From contig CT868196.1 of NCBI GenBank assembly GCA_000165425.1, forward strand, positions 62,001 through 126,000: a DNA stretch of 64,000 nt, given 5' to 3'. Shown piece after piece: positions 14,163-27,083 of the stretch (its first letter is position 1; each line of letters begins with the position of its first letter). The notes under the pieces are model-generated. The model searched no databases. It was not told the origin of the DNA and saw nothing but the letters and a program-made list of their open reading frames with translations. The DNA comes from Paramecium tetraurelia. Its lineage: Eukaryota. Both the position numbers and the translations under genes were made by a program.

Positions 14163-16011
14163 TCAAACTACAGTTTTTGAAACTTTGAATTGATCTTGGG
14201 GATTAGATTTCTCTTGCTCATACGATGTTTTGAAAATCTAGAAATCCTTTAATTTTTCGTGATTTTCTCTTGAAGGAGGTTTTTAGTAATTATTTTTTTT
14301 CAACTCTGACATAAATTCTTAAATTAAATTATTTTCGTCAAGAACTAGAGAATTATACATAAAAATCTACCTTACTCATCATCAACCCTTAGCTGGTTAT
14401 TTAAAAATGACTTGGTGGATTCGCTCTATTCACAAAGTTCGATAATGGTATTTAAGGATGGTAAATGCTATTTTCTTCTTTCTTGTTTCGGCTTGAATTT
14501 CTACTTGATATTAACAAACCAATGATGTTTCATCGCCTCCTCTAATTTCACTCGTTGATCTCTTTTCTCCAAGAGCCTCTTGAGCAAATCTAATTATGAA
14601 GTACTAAAGACCATCTTGTATTCCTATTGCAGGTTGATTTGCTTGGCCTGAATTTTGGAGGCCTCAATAAACTATTCTTCCATCTTATTAATGAGTTCCA
14701 TTTTGATTGAATCCTATTTGACATCGTCCTTGTCGGATTTAATGTAAAAAGTTAGCTAATATAGGACAGCTCCAATTTGATAGAGATCAGTGTCAATGGA
14801 AGGATTGGAGGATCCCTCGAGTATCTCCGGAGCCAGATATGGAAGTTCAATGGATTGCTTATATTGTTCAATGGAGTCTTTGTCGTTTTTGATGAGAGGC
14901 TTCATGTTGATGGGGTAAATTGACAAGTAGGAGGATTGTAAGTTGATTAAGATATTGTTTAGAGTGATGTTGCCGTGATAAATTGATTGTTTGTTTAAGA
15001 ATTTGCATAGCTGTAGTAATTAAAGTATGATCTACAAATAAATCAATTCTTTACAGATGCCAATTGGGTTTAGTCCAAGATCAGTCCTTGTTTGAGTAGG
15101 GTGGTGAGTTTTTCGCATCGAAAGTACTCGTAAATCAAGTAGATGAAACGACAGTCTTGATACACCCATTTTAAGTCGAGGAGGGAGGTGTGTTTGACAC
15201 TTCTTAGGGTTTGCATTTCGCTGTTCAAGAGTTCCATTTGTGCATTCGAGATGGAAGACATATTGGCAATATACAATTTATTGGTTTTTTTGTGTTGAAT
15301 GATGTAGTAATCGGCAACAGTTTATTCTTTGACATAAAATTTCTTGGAGAAATTTGACAGTTTGCAGAATTGTTTCAACTTGTCTATCCATTGTTTGTAA
15401 TGTTCATTGCTAAGAAAAAAGATTAGTAGGTTTCCTAAGCCGTTTGTGAGTTGTATGCATTGTGCTTGGTTCGATTTAAATTTGTTGATGGTGCAATTGG
15501 AAAGGACCAGGTACTCGTTTTGAATGATGAGTAGGTTGGGTATGAGAGTGACAGGATTGAGGATTAAAGAATCTTTGTGATTGTGATAGATGGTCAGAGT
15601 TTGTTTTAAGAGGGGTATGGTTTTGTTGATTTCTTCGATTTGGGAGTTGGATAATGAAACTAGACAGGTTTGGCGTAGAGTATTTTGTTGGGTAGCTTTG
15701 ATTTTATTTAGAATGAGTCTGAAGTCATTATTCATTATTAAAATTTATTATTATTAGATTTTGAGATTTTATAACATAGTAAATTCATAAAATTTGGCGA
15801 TTTGGCTTATGATCATCCTCAGCAAGGTCGTTGGTTGTTAGATTTATATAATATATAATGTTCGATAAGGAGGAACTTCGATGATCCTGGTATGCTTGGA
15901 TGATATGGTTGGAGAGTTGGATGGCTGAAGGACACTGTTGATAAAAGTGAGAGAGATGTCTTGAGGGATTTGATGTTGCATTATAATGGTGGTATCCTAT
16001 TGAGTATTCAT
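14163..16011 (-). CDS. PH-domain-containing CAMK-like pseudokinase
   Basis: Open frame from ATG 16011 through 15735. PH-like helix EHYKQWIDKLKQFC. Kinase fold with YLAPEIL and DLYQIG retained, but YIAN replaces VAIK, YHGNI replaces HRD, and INM replaces DFG. Confidence 0.8.
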
Positions 16012-16032
16012 AAATATTAATTTAAATAAAAT

Positions 16033-19000
16033 ATGGACATGAAGAAAACTAAAAAGAAACCTGAATTAAGTGAGCAGTTATTCGTTGGGAATTACGTGGA
16101 TGTTTACCATCAAGGAAGCAAACAATTTAAGTTAGCGTACATTTTGTAGAGAACAGATAAGGAAATTGAAGTCACATATGATGGGTTATCAAAAAAGGAA
16201 AATGAGGTATGTTTCTGTCTCTAAACTTTGACTAGATAATTAAATTATAGTAAAATCGAGTATAATTTGCGAGGAGATCTACTACAAGTAAGTAATCATC
16301 TAAATCAAGATTATACGGGTGATGACTATAGACAATAAAAAACAGCTCGTGATTATTTAAAATATTCTCGCGAAGATTGTGAGAAATACACTAAGGAATT
16401 AATAACAATTATGTAAACGAATTTTCAGGGAATGACTCCCATTGAAATTACCCAGTGTGTGCGAGTAAGATAGTTCATCTATTTGGACATGGTCCTTTCG
16501 ACGGAATTCTAGCCAAAGGAACTCCCCATAGCATTAGAATACATTAAAACCTACTATAACTTCATTAAGTGGTACTTTGATTAATTTCCCAAATACTTTG
16601 CAGACGTAAATCAATCTATTTAAGTAGTTTATGAGGCACATGAACAATAATGAACTCTTTATCATCGATGAACGAGCCTCAATAGCAAGTTGCATTCAAG
16701 AAGTAAGCGAAGCATTCTGTATGTTATTCGGATCCATTTGGAGACTGTTGAAATAAGAGAATTCCTTTTTCTACGTATCTCTACCCAATTACATTAGCAA
16801 AATCATGACCTCTTGCAATAATAAATCGATAAGTTCTTCCCAGTTCCAGTCTACCAAGGCTTCGTGACCAATCCCAACATAGAGGATTGGAAACTCTACC
16901 AGGGTGCTGGCGATATAATTAAATGCATAAAACGATCATGGTCCTTTTACTTAAAGACCATGTCGTACTTTCGCTCCATCGGCGGTCTTCAAAGTTGGGA
17001 GAACCTATTGAAACCATAGGAGGGTGGAGAATATACTTACATTCCCCTGAAGGCTATGCAAAAGATCATCCTAACTTAACAATACTTATCATAATACTTC
17101 CCACCCCAAGAACAAAGCAATATGGCCAAGAGGACCTTTGAATGGTTCCAGCTTCGAGTGGCCAATCTGACCATTTAAGACATCAAAGACACTGACATCG
17201 ATTAGATCAGAGAAATCGTATAGGATCTACAATATTATTTCTTAAAAGGATATTCCTTAGATAATTTAAATAAATTAGTGGATGACCTTCAATTGCAAAT
17301 GGCATTGAAGTTCCTCAAGTCCACCTTCCTCGAGAAGAGAGTCAAAGGACTCAGTGAGATCAAAGACTTTACGGAGAAGTTGAAATTTGAGACAAACAGT
17401 TAAATCAAGATCAAAAACTCAACCAATAAAGATGAACTCATCAAATGGATAACTTAGAATAGGATTCTAGATTATACTCTCCTGGGCGATTCAGTGCATC
17501 CTGAACTAATAAAGAGATCCAGCGATGTGGCTATATTCTTATGCAAAAATCAAGTATTCCCCAACGATTACGTTGACAAAATCTGGTTGAACAATTACGA
17601 CAAGCATGAGACCACTCAATTAGCATTGTACGAGTTTTTCAAGGCAATCTCCCCAGTTCTCTAATTCCAAGGGATTGAGAACCTGTACAATCATATTCTG
17701 AACATCCCATACAATAAGTATAATGAGAACATCGTAAGCATGATCAGAACATTCACGGAGGCAGCCTTATCCCAGAAATTTCATGAGCAACAATTACAAT
17801 TGAAGCCGGATAGGAGGTTTATGACATTCAATTAATTGTGGGAATTGCTTCAGGATAGGGATGACCAATTGGTAGGAAGTCATATCCAGGAGCAATGCTT
17901 TTAAGCAGCTCGCATGATCATTTCTCAGATTCCACAGACAAAGCAGTTCATCTCCTAATACTTTGGAAAATGCTTTGAATTGATCGGCAGTCACAAGTCT
18001 GTCTATTAGGCTATTAGTTTGGTTCATTATTTCCTTGACAAGCAATTCAAGGATGACAAAGGCAAGAGGGAATTGATCCAATCTACAGATGACAAGTACA
18101 ACATCATTGAACTCTTCGTCAAAGATATTGAGGTCTACATGGAGAAGGTGAGATAGTACTTCAAGAATGAAGAGCCTCAAGACATCATTATCAATGGAGT
18201 TTAGAAGTTCAGTCAGAATGTGTTCTTCAGATTGCAGATGTTGAATTACTTACTTCAGCAAACTGAATTAAAGATTAATTATGATCAAAGTGTCAGGTTG
18301 TGGGATGCTTTGGCTGCTAAAACAAAGGGAGGAATTCAGAAGAAAGAATTAAATAAAATTCTCATCAGTAATTATTATCCAGATATTTCCTCATTTAAAA
18401 TTAATCAAACTTATTTTGATAAGGAGGGTGAATCTAAGTTTTTCACTTAAGTCTTATGTAATCCGGAAAGGAATGATTATGAAAAGTAAAAGTGTTTAAT
18501 CAATAATTTAGTTACACAATCGAAGACTTCGAATTATTTTAAGTGTTTTTCAAATCCTACAATCAAAATAGACAGATGTTGAAATATTATGGAAACTCTA
18601 TCCGCTTCATTGTGAACGATCATAATTTTGAAGGCAAAAACGCTATCTGGTAAATTTTTGCTAAAGTAAAGGATCTGGTCTTGCTTGATCAAATCGCCAA
18701 TTTTATAATCAATCTATACACTCAACTCAATCTGACACTCGATCCTAAATGCGATAAGATCTATTAGGAAATGATGGATAAGTGTTTGGAACTGATCCAA
18801 CAACAGTGTCCTAGTCTAACCACCAGATCCATCAATCTACTACTCTCCCTATTCAATTACTTCCAAAGTGGTCCATCATCAAAGAAATCACTCAAACCAA
18901 ATAACTACACCTAATTTAAGGTTTAAATCATAAACACAAATAATTAAATTGCAATCAAAGAGTACAAAGAAGGAGATACAACAACAGTGAATCAATGGAA

Positions 19001-22000
19001 ATAAAAGTTGGCTGAGGAATTATAAGTAGCGTATTAATAATTAGACATCACTGTTGATAATAAATAATTTGAATAATTATTTGATATTGTAGAGACTAAT
19101 GTAAATCAAGTATTCCATCAAATGGCTGCAGTGAAGGCGAGAATCAATAATAAAAACCATCCTAAAAATTACCTTTCCCAAGAACAGCGCACTTTTGACA
19201 TTCTCTTCAAATTGCTTGACAAATAGGAAAGCACGGAATTCTTGAGTCAGGTTTGGGATTTGATTAATAGATTGCCTACTAATATATAAATAAAAAAGTA
19301 AGTAGAAAATTGTAAGGATTGGAAAAAATACTTGGATCACTCATTCTTCGATATGTTTTATGTATTATAAATCATATAAGCATTATTAGTAAATGGATAA
19401 TGGTGTGAATAATTTAATAATTCTGATGGAGTGGATTTGGTAACTCAAAAATTCTTAGGTTAACATTTGCAATTTTAGTAACGCCCACTTGAGATTAAAT
19501 CTTGTTTAACTTATTTAGACATCCTCAGTCATTAAAACATCAAGATTAAGGAACCTCAAATAATTGATTAAATCAAGCACAAAATACTGGAAATCCTGCA
19601 AGAACTCTGCCATTACATTAAGACAAAGAAAAAGTTGGAGGCAGGTTAGAAGAAAACACCTCAACAAAAAGAAATGAATGAAATCGAAACACGTCTTCTC
19701 AGGAGATGCTTTACTTACTTGGATGAATCTGGTTGTAAATAGTACATCAAATAAAATCATGAATTACAACAACAACTTTATAATTACTATGTGGAACATG
19801 AAAATCAGGAACTCAAAAAAGAGTACAGTCTTTAATTGTTGAATTTGAAGAACACTCAAGAAAGCAAATTACTGATTAAAATTCTATTGGGTGATGTACT
19901 AAAGAATGTGATTACAAATAACAAATAAAAATGCGAGCACTTTTTTGAGATTTGTTGCAATCTACTCTTACAAGAAAACAACTTGAATATAGAGAATTTT
20001 GTATTTGAAGATCTCCTATCCTACATTAAATAAAAACTATTGTAGTTACCACAAAATGAAATCACAGTTAAAGATTAAGATTAAATTTTGATAGGCCTAT
20101 TAAAACTACTTAATGTGCTTATAGATAAACTCCCTCATTTGTCGAATAATAATTAGTTATTTGAGTAGATCTTAAGTTATTTATTTGAAAATGAAGGCGA
20201 AACTAGATGCAAGTGTAAGTCTCAACAATCAAGAACTGCTGGATTCAATTGCCTATCTACTCTCTTGAAAAATTAATAAAACATGAATAAATTCTTAACC
20301 AATGTTTCCCCTCTACACTCTACAAACACCTGGAGAACTAAACACCTAAATGACTGGAATATATAGAGCAAATTCCACGAAAAATCATCTACAGGATACG
20401 TAGGATTATATAATTTAGGATGCATTTGTTATATGAATTCTTTGCTCTAATAATTATACATGGTTCCAGCCTTTAGAGAGAAATTGTTGAAGGTAGAAGA
20501 CAAGAACACTTGTGTATAAGAGGAGAATCTATTGCATTAATTGAAATGTCTATTCTTGGCTTTGAAGCATTCCTAAAAATAATATCATAACCCAAAGAAG
20601 TTCTGTCATGCTTTTAAGGATCTGGATGGAAATCCAACAAATATCTTTGAATAGATGGATGTGGATGAATTTTGTAATTTGCTTATGGATAGAATTGAAT
20701 TAAATGTTAAGTCAACCTCAGATGAAGATTTAGTTAAACGCTTCTTTGGAGGTGTAATGTCTAATGAAATCATTGGTAAGACGTGTCCTCACTATTCTGA
20801 AAGAGAAGAACCCTTCTTTGCTATATCATTGCCTGTTGCAAATAAGAAGAATTTAGAAGAATGTTTGCAAACTTTAGTACATGGAGATTTGCTTGAAGGA
20901 GAGAATGCTTACAACTGTGAATAATGCAATAAGAAAGTCAGTGCTTTGAAGAGAATGTGCATCAAGAAATTGCCTGATCATCTCATACTGGTTTTGAAGC
21001 GATTCAATTTTGATTTCGATTTGATGGCCAAAGCCAAAATCAACGATAGGATTGAGTTCCCATTTGAATTGGATATGTTTCCTTACTCTTAGTAGGGATT
21101 AAGGAGTTAGGAAAATAGGACAAATAATTCAAATGGACAAGACAATCCTTAAGAATATTATTAGTATAGATTGACCGGAGTTGTAATTCATATGGGTTCA
21201 GCAGATAGTGGACATTATTATTCGTTCATTCAGGACAAGAATGATTTAAATAAGTGGTATGAATTCAACGACATTATCGTTACTCCAGCAGACATGCAAG
21301 AACTCAAGAATGATGCTTTTGGGAGTGCAGACAAAATGTTGAAGCTTAAGTACCCTCCTCAATTAAAGGACAAATCCAAAAGTGCGTATATGTTGTTTTA
21401 CGAAAGAATTAACCCTGTAAACGTTGCTGAATAAACATAACAAATAGATGTAGAATTGGATTAGAAGACGGTGTAATTTTTGGATGAGATCAAGGATGAA
21501 AACAGGAAATTCCAAATACAACGATTCATATTTAGTCCAGAATATTTTGCTTTTATGCAGAATTTGATTAAGTTTTAATTACAGCAATTACAGATTTAAG
21601 ATTAAATCGTAAGAACACTGGTCTACTTTTATTTGACATGTGCAGTGAGGGAAAATGACAAAACATTTGTTTCAAATAACATCCTAGATATATAGGAATT
21701 ATTAAGAAAATCACCGATCACTTCGTAATGGCTATTAAAATGTTTCAATTAGCCATAATATATTAGAGAATTTTAATTTGATTGTTCAAAGAAGATGGTT
21801 AGGAAGTTTGTAATTTCGATGATAATTACAGCAATAGAGACAGTTTAATAGCAAGAAGGATACAAGGATCTATATGAGATTGTTGATGACAAACCAAAGT
21901 CTTTGGTGGCTTCTTTAATAAATGCTTGGATTTAGATGATACCTGAGTTGAAAAAGAGTTTAAAAAATTCAGTTGAATTCTATGATCTTTTCTACAAGTT

Positions 22001-23398
22001 TGCCAAATTGCACAAATCTAATGCTTAATACTTGATATTAAAGAAGCTAGTTGGTAAATTGTTGGATCTTGCCATCGATGTGTTTTAAATTAATTCAAAT
22101 AAGACCTTAATACCTCAAAGGGAAGTAGTAAAAAGAATGGATGATGTTAAAGTCATTAAATTTACTGATGATCCTGGTAATTATTTGGGATAATAGAATT
22201 ATTAAAATGTTGATGTTGCTTCAAGTTATTACGATGAATTATTGGAGAAGAAATTTGAAAAATCAATGAATTCAGGACCTTCAACTAGTAGAGTGTACAT
22301 GTGGAGAGTGATAGCCTACTTAATAAAAGGAGAGTAAAAGCAATTTCTAAGTACAGAGGAGTTAAATCTACTTCAATTCGATACTCAATTTATATCATTT
22401 CTTCTAGAAGAGGGCGATTGTAAATTAGCCATCAGAATGATTTCGGATATTTTGAGTGTTATTTCGATGGATAATCAAAAATAAAGCGATTCTGTTATAG
22501 CCTCCATCATAAAGTAAGTAAACGACAAGGAATACAAAGAGTATAGAAAGTACTTAGTAGTTCTGAAAAGATTGTTTCAAATGAAGGATCAACTTTAAGT
22601 TTAAAGAGTACAATAACATTATTAAATTTTAGATCAATGTAGGTATGTCTAAGTTATTGGATGCAATGCAAAAACAAGGGCAATACTTCTTAGAAACCGA
22701 CGTATGTTAGCAATACATTTTAAGGGTACATATATATTCTCAATATCTATAGATGGTTTCCAAGAACTAATTAGTCCATCAATGGATGATTAAAAATTAA
22801 AGATCCTGGTAATGGGTAATTGAAATCAATAATTCACAACCACATCCTAATGACAGATTAATTGCCAATAATCAGATTCCATAAAAATGTCTGCACAGAT
22901 TACATAATATCTACTTGCCAAATACATCTTAAGCCTATGCAAAGTTATTGAGTTGGAAAAAATTACAATATCTCAATTTACCCAAAGAACCATTCAAACC
23001 AAATGACGATTTTGACACTGATGATGATTTAACTGAAAAAAATGTTAAGGTGGATGACAAGATAGATTTTTAGTAATTTTAACATATATTTAAAGTGATT
23101 AAAACTAATGGATTACTGCAACTGTAAGCAAAGTGATGGGTGACTATATTCATTTAACTTTCAGTGGTAAAATGGCTCCTTAAAATATGGACATTGAATT
23201 AGACAACGAAAGACTTGCTCCATTTAACACTCTATCCAATAACAACAAAATACCTGGTATTGTCCATTGCTATCATTTATATTAGGGTACAATAACCAGA
23301 GTTACGAAATGGTTATTGAACATCAATCTGATCATGACAATGATACGGAGGAAGGCAACAACAATTCTAATAATTAAACTGATTCAGATGGAGAGTGA
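16033..23398 (+). CDS. large ubiquitin carboxyl-terminal hydrolase (USP9/24/34-like, peptidase C19)
   Basis: Cys box GYVGLYNLGCICYMNSLLQQL, QMDVDEF, LKRFNFD, His box GVVIHMGSADSGHYYSFI, WYEFND and AYMLFYER. Long N-terminal repeat region. About 7.4 kb with many tiny introns. Confidence 0.95.
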
Positions 23399-23457
23399 AA
23401 TTAACAATCAATCAAGTATTACAATATACAGTTAATATATATAATATTTGTTTTAAT

Positions 23458-24258
23458 ATGTCAAAGTAATGGTAGATGCATTAGAGTGTGCAAGAGAGTC
23501 TATGTTCTTCACTCAATAAAGACGAAATTCTGGAGGAGTTTCTGAGCATTTGCAATGAGATATCTCAGGAAGATCAAAGTAGTCTAAAGAGTTTGAATTC
23601 AAAAATCCAAACCATCAAGAAACACTATGCTTAATAGAAATGCAGAATTGAACATCAATTTAAATATATTTACACCTTGCTGGAATAAAAGAAGAATGAG
23701 TTAATGACTTTATTAAATACTCATGAGCAAGAATTGGACAAAACATTCAAAAATCTACTCCAACAAGTAACTCAAATCCAATCTGTTATTTTTAATATCT
23801 CAAATGATATTCTAAGCAATAGATAGGAAATTGTATCAGAAGTTGATGATGATACCTTTCACAATATTCTCTCTCAATTTGATTAAGAAATACAGATGAC
23901 TCAAAAATACAAAAGGGAAATCTTGTCATCGAAAATCACCCTCATCATTATTGAGGAGTGGACTTCACATCATCAAGATGTCATTAAAAGTCTACTCAAT
24001 TAATGCATTACTATTAAGGATTATCAAAAGCAAATTGAAACTTAGCAATCAGAATTAAGTGCTTCAACTAGTAGTGAAAGGTTCCATTTTTCAAACAGAT
24101 CCAGTTAAGAACTCTGCATGAAACAATAAACACCATTGATCGTAAGTTTTGATTAAAAATATTTTCTCACTTAAAAATAAACAGAGATATCAAAATCTGA
24201 TTCTGATATGCACGATAGTTGTGAGTCTGATTTCCTAAAAGAAATGACACAATCCTGA
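23458..24258 (+). CDS. hypothetical coiled-coil protein
   Basis: Code-6 frame MSKQWQMHQSVQESLCSS...RIEHQFKYIYTLLEQKKNELM... ending TGA at 24256-24258. Confidence 0.7.
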
Positions 24259-24859
24259 ATGGTCATTCACTTAATTTATTGTTGTGTATAATATATAATT
24301 AATATTACTAATTTATTAACCAATATTAATACATTTTTGAAACACTAGCTAATATAAAAATAACTAATTTAATTTTTATGGCCTAACCCATCAAACTTAT
24401 AAGGATAGCTTTTCAAAACGACTCCTTCCTCATTCTTAGGTGGTGTCAAAATGTATTTTTTTAATTAAATCTATCATTTATTCGCTCTGGTCATTTTATT
24501 ACTCACACATTTTTTGAAAACTTTTACATTAATTTAATTTTTTGGGAATTCATAATTAGACAACTATCATTGAGTTTCACACAATAAATTCTTCTGATTC
24601 GCATAATTAAGTTCTAAAACCTTTAAAGCATAATTATAATGTATAACTATGCTATATAATGTATAACTATCCATAATAAATACAATTATATTATTATAGT
24701 TATAAAATTATATATTTTTAATTAAGCATTTACTGAACTCTCTTTTTTATATAATAAAATCAGGCAAATATCATTTTTCCAGTCTTGCAGCATCTCTAAA
24801 TGCGGACTGGGATAAACTTCTGAGTTGAAATGGATATAAATAATAAATGTGTATATTTT

Positions 24860-25262
24860 TCAAATGGTGGGCAACACGTACTCCTGTTCCTTTACTACTT
24901 TATCGTTAAGAATTATTTTGAGATTCAATTTTGAGAATTTTCTTGTGCTCGAGTAGGACACCTATTTAAGATGTTCTTTTTGGTCGAATTGAATATTTTT
25001 TTTTCTGTAATTATGTAGTATGGTTTTAGCAGTAGCATAATTGATGTTAAGATCCTTAGCAATCTAAAAGGAATATATTAATATAGAGTACTCTTTTGAT
25101 TTTGCATTTCTAGAGAAGAACAGTTCGGATCAGCTAAGTCTTTTTCTCCTTCGATATCATTTTATATTCCCTCTTCGGAAGCAAGGGAGCATCATTTTGA
25201 TGAAATTGAGACCCTGATTATTTATACTCATTGTCATTTATGGGTACTTTTGTGAGAGACAT
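24860..25262 (-). CDS. small helix-turn-helix protein (ciliate NYxTAKTI family)
   Basis: KREYKMISKEKKTQLIRTVLLQKCKIKR|intron|IAKDLNINYATAKTILHNYRKK. TGA at 24860-24862. Confidence 0.8.
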
Positions 25263-25343
25263 TAAATTTGATAAAAAGTTTTTGTTATTCTTAATTCAAT
25301 AATATATTACAAATAGATTTAGTTTAATATTATATTTTTCATA

Positions 25344-26219
25344 ATGCAAAAGCAAATTTATAAACAATATGAAAATTCAGATGTTGTAAAATATGGGAAC
25401 AACGTCGGATTGTTGTTCACTTGTGACCATGCTACTAATGTGTAAATAATCATTAAATTAATTAGATTGCCATAAGGTCATGAATGGTCAGAGGAGGATC
25501 AAAGAAATTTCGCAAACACTCATTGGGCTGTCGACATAGGGTAAAAGAATTCTCTATTTAAAGAGCATTGAATTTGGCGAAATATTTGGCCAATCATACT
25601 GAGTCTACTCTTGTGAATAGTAAATACAGGTACAAAATCCGAAAATATTTAGTCGTCTTTATTGCGATGTCAACAGGCAAATTTAGTCAGAATCACTCTT
25701 CAGATAGACAGGAGATAACCAAAAAATTGAATTGAATTAAAGTAACGAACAAAATTAATGTTTCAGATTTATCTCTCGAAGAACAATGGATAAGAATCCA
25801 ATACCATTCTAATTATCATTTCGAAGTCAGATAAGCTATTCATGAATTGAAACCTAAGTTCATATACTCAATTCACTCCTTTACACCTGAATATGAGGGA
25901 AAAAAGAGAGATGTTGAGATAGGCATATTGACTAGCCTTTTCGACGAATTCGGAGAGGCACATCAACAAATACTAAAAAATAAAGGATACGATTGTAGAG
26001 TCAATGAACCTTATACTGGAAAAAAAGGTTTAAATTATTCTATTGACTGGTATGAATGTTTAAGTAACTTTTTCAAGTGCGTGTTTGACATTTGCTAAAC
26101 CCATAGTTGGAACTCTGTTTGAAGTTAGGAACGACATCCTCAGCAACCCAGAGAGATTTGCGAAGGTTTCTGCAGATATACTAGCAACCATTTTAGAAGT
26201 CATTGGAAAATGGAAATGA
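25344..26219 (+). CDS. N-formylglutamate amidohydrolase family protein
   Basis: LLFTCDHATN, HWAVDIGA, SRLYCDVNR, YSIHSFTP, EIGIL, VNEPYTG and LFEVRNDIL motifs. Five introns of about 23-28 nt. Confidence 0.9.
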
Positions 26220-26249
26220 GTATTATATATAGATTAATTAAACATGGGC

Positions 26250-26786
26250 TCAATTTTTGCACTTTAATTTAGGTCTATATCCTATCTATTCGATTAATTC
26301 TTTAAATTTTGCCATTTACCTATAATTATTAGTGATACAGGGTGGATATGATGATCTGAGATCTACAGACTTATTTTAATTGTGTAGGGATTATTTCATT
26401 TTGATCTACTATTTCTTATTGATCGATATCACCCTATGTGATTTGAAGTCAAAAGATTTTCTTTCACTTTCTTCGCATTCTTTACATATTAATTAGATAT
26501 TCTGGAAAATTGGAAATTTAGTATAAGGATCTATCTTTTGTAATTTAGCCTTATAAGATTTTCCATCATTTGTAGTTATAACCGTATCTGCTTTGACAAA
26601 TTCTAAAGGAAATTGTACAAAATAGTTGTGTTTTTCTGCATCTGATATGATTTGTTTGATGGGTCTCTTGGCTTTTCCATAGTTGACAACGGAATGCAAC
26701 AAAATTGTATTCTCAGTTGTGTCTATTTTGTGAAGCATCCCTTAATATCGAGTATGATTAGGAGTCTCTATGTTTATGGATATCAT
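26250..26786 (-). CDS. Sm-like (LSM14 N-terminal-like) domain protein
   Basis: MISINIETPNHTRYQGMLHKIDTTENTILLHSVVNYG resembles LSM14/Scd6 (RYEGILYTID...TVAL..V.S.G). 179-codon open frame under code 6. Confidence 0.55.
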
Positions 26787-26868
26787 CTATTCTATTATAT
26801 TAATTCTAATTATAATGTGATTTTTTTAATATGATTTTAATAAATATTTAAATAAAATAAAACAAATT

Positions 26869-27083
26869 ATGCCAAACCATTTATTCAGAACTCACCCCAG
26901 AACTTATGGAAAGGATTCAAGAGGTAATTCAAATTGACATTTCATAGAATGCAGAGTTTGCGCTGCCAGATAAGGTTTGATTAGAAAATATGGTATGAAT
27001 GTGTGCAGAAGATGTTTCAGAGAGAATTATGAATTGATAGGCTTTCACAAGGTATTGCATTTACTTATATTCAGTACAATTGA
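26869..27083 (+). CDS. RPS29: 40S ribosomal protein S29 (uS14)
   Basis: [55 protein letters not shown], with two introns. Confidence 0.98.

Noticed and set aside
14570..18300. Locally higher GC content as a sign of foreign DNA
   Set aside because: It falls within the pseudokinase and the 5' part of the USP gene, both with ciliate code and introns. Codon-usage variation is a sufficient explanation.
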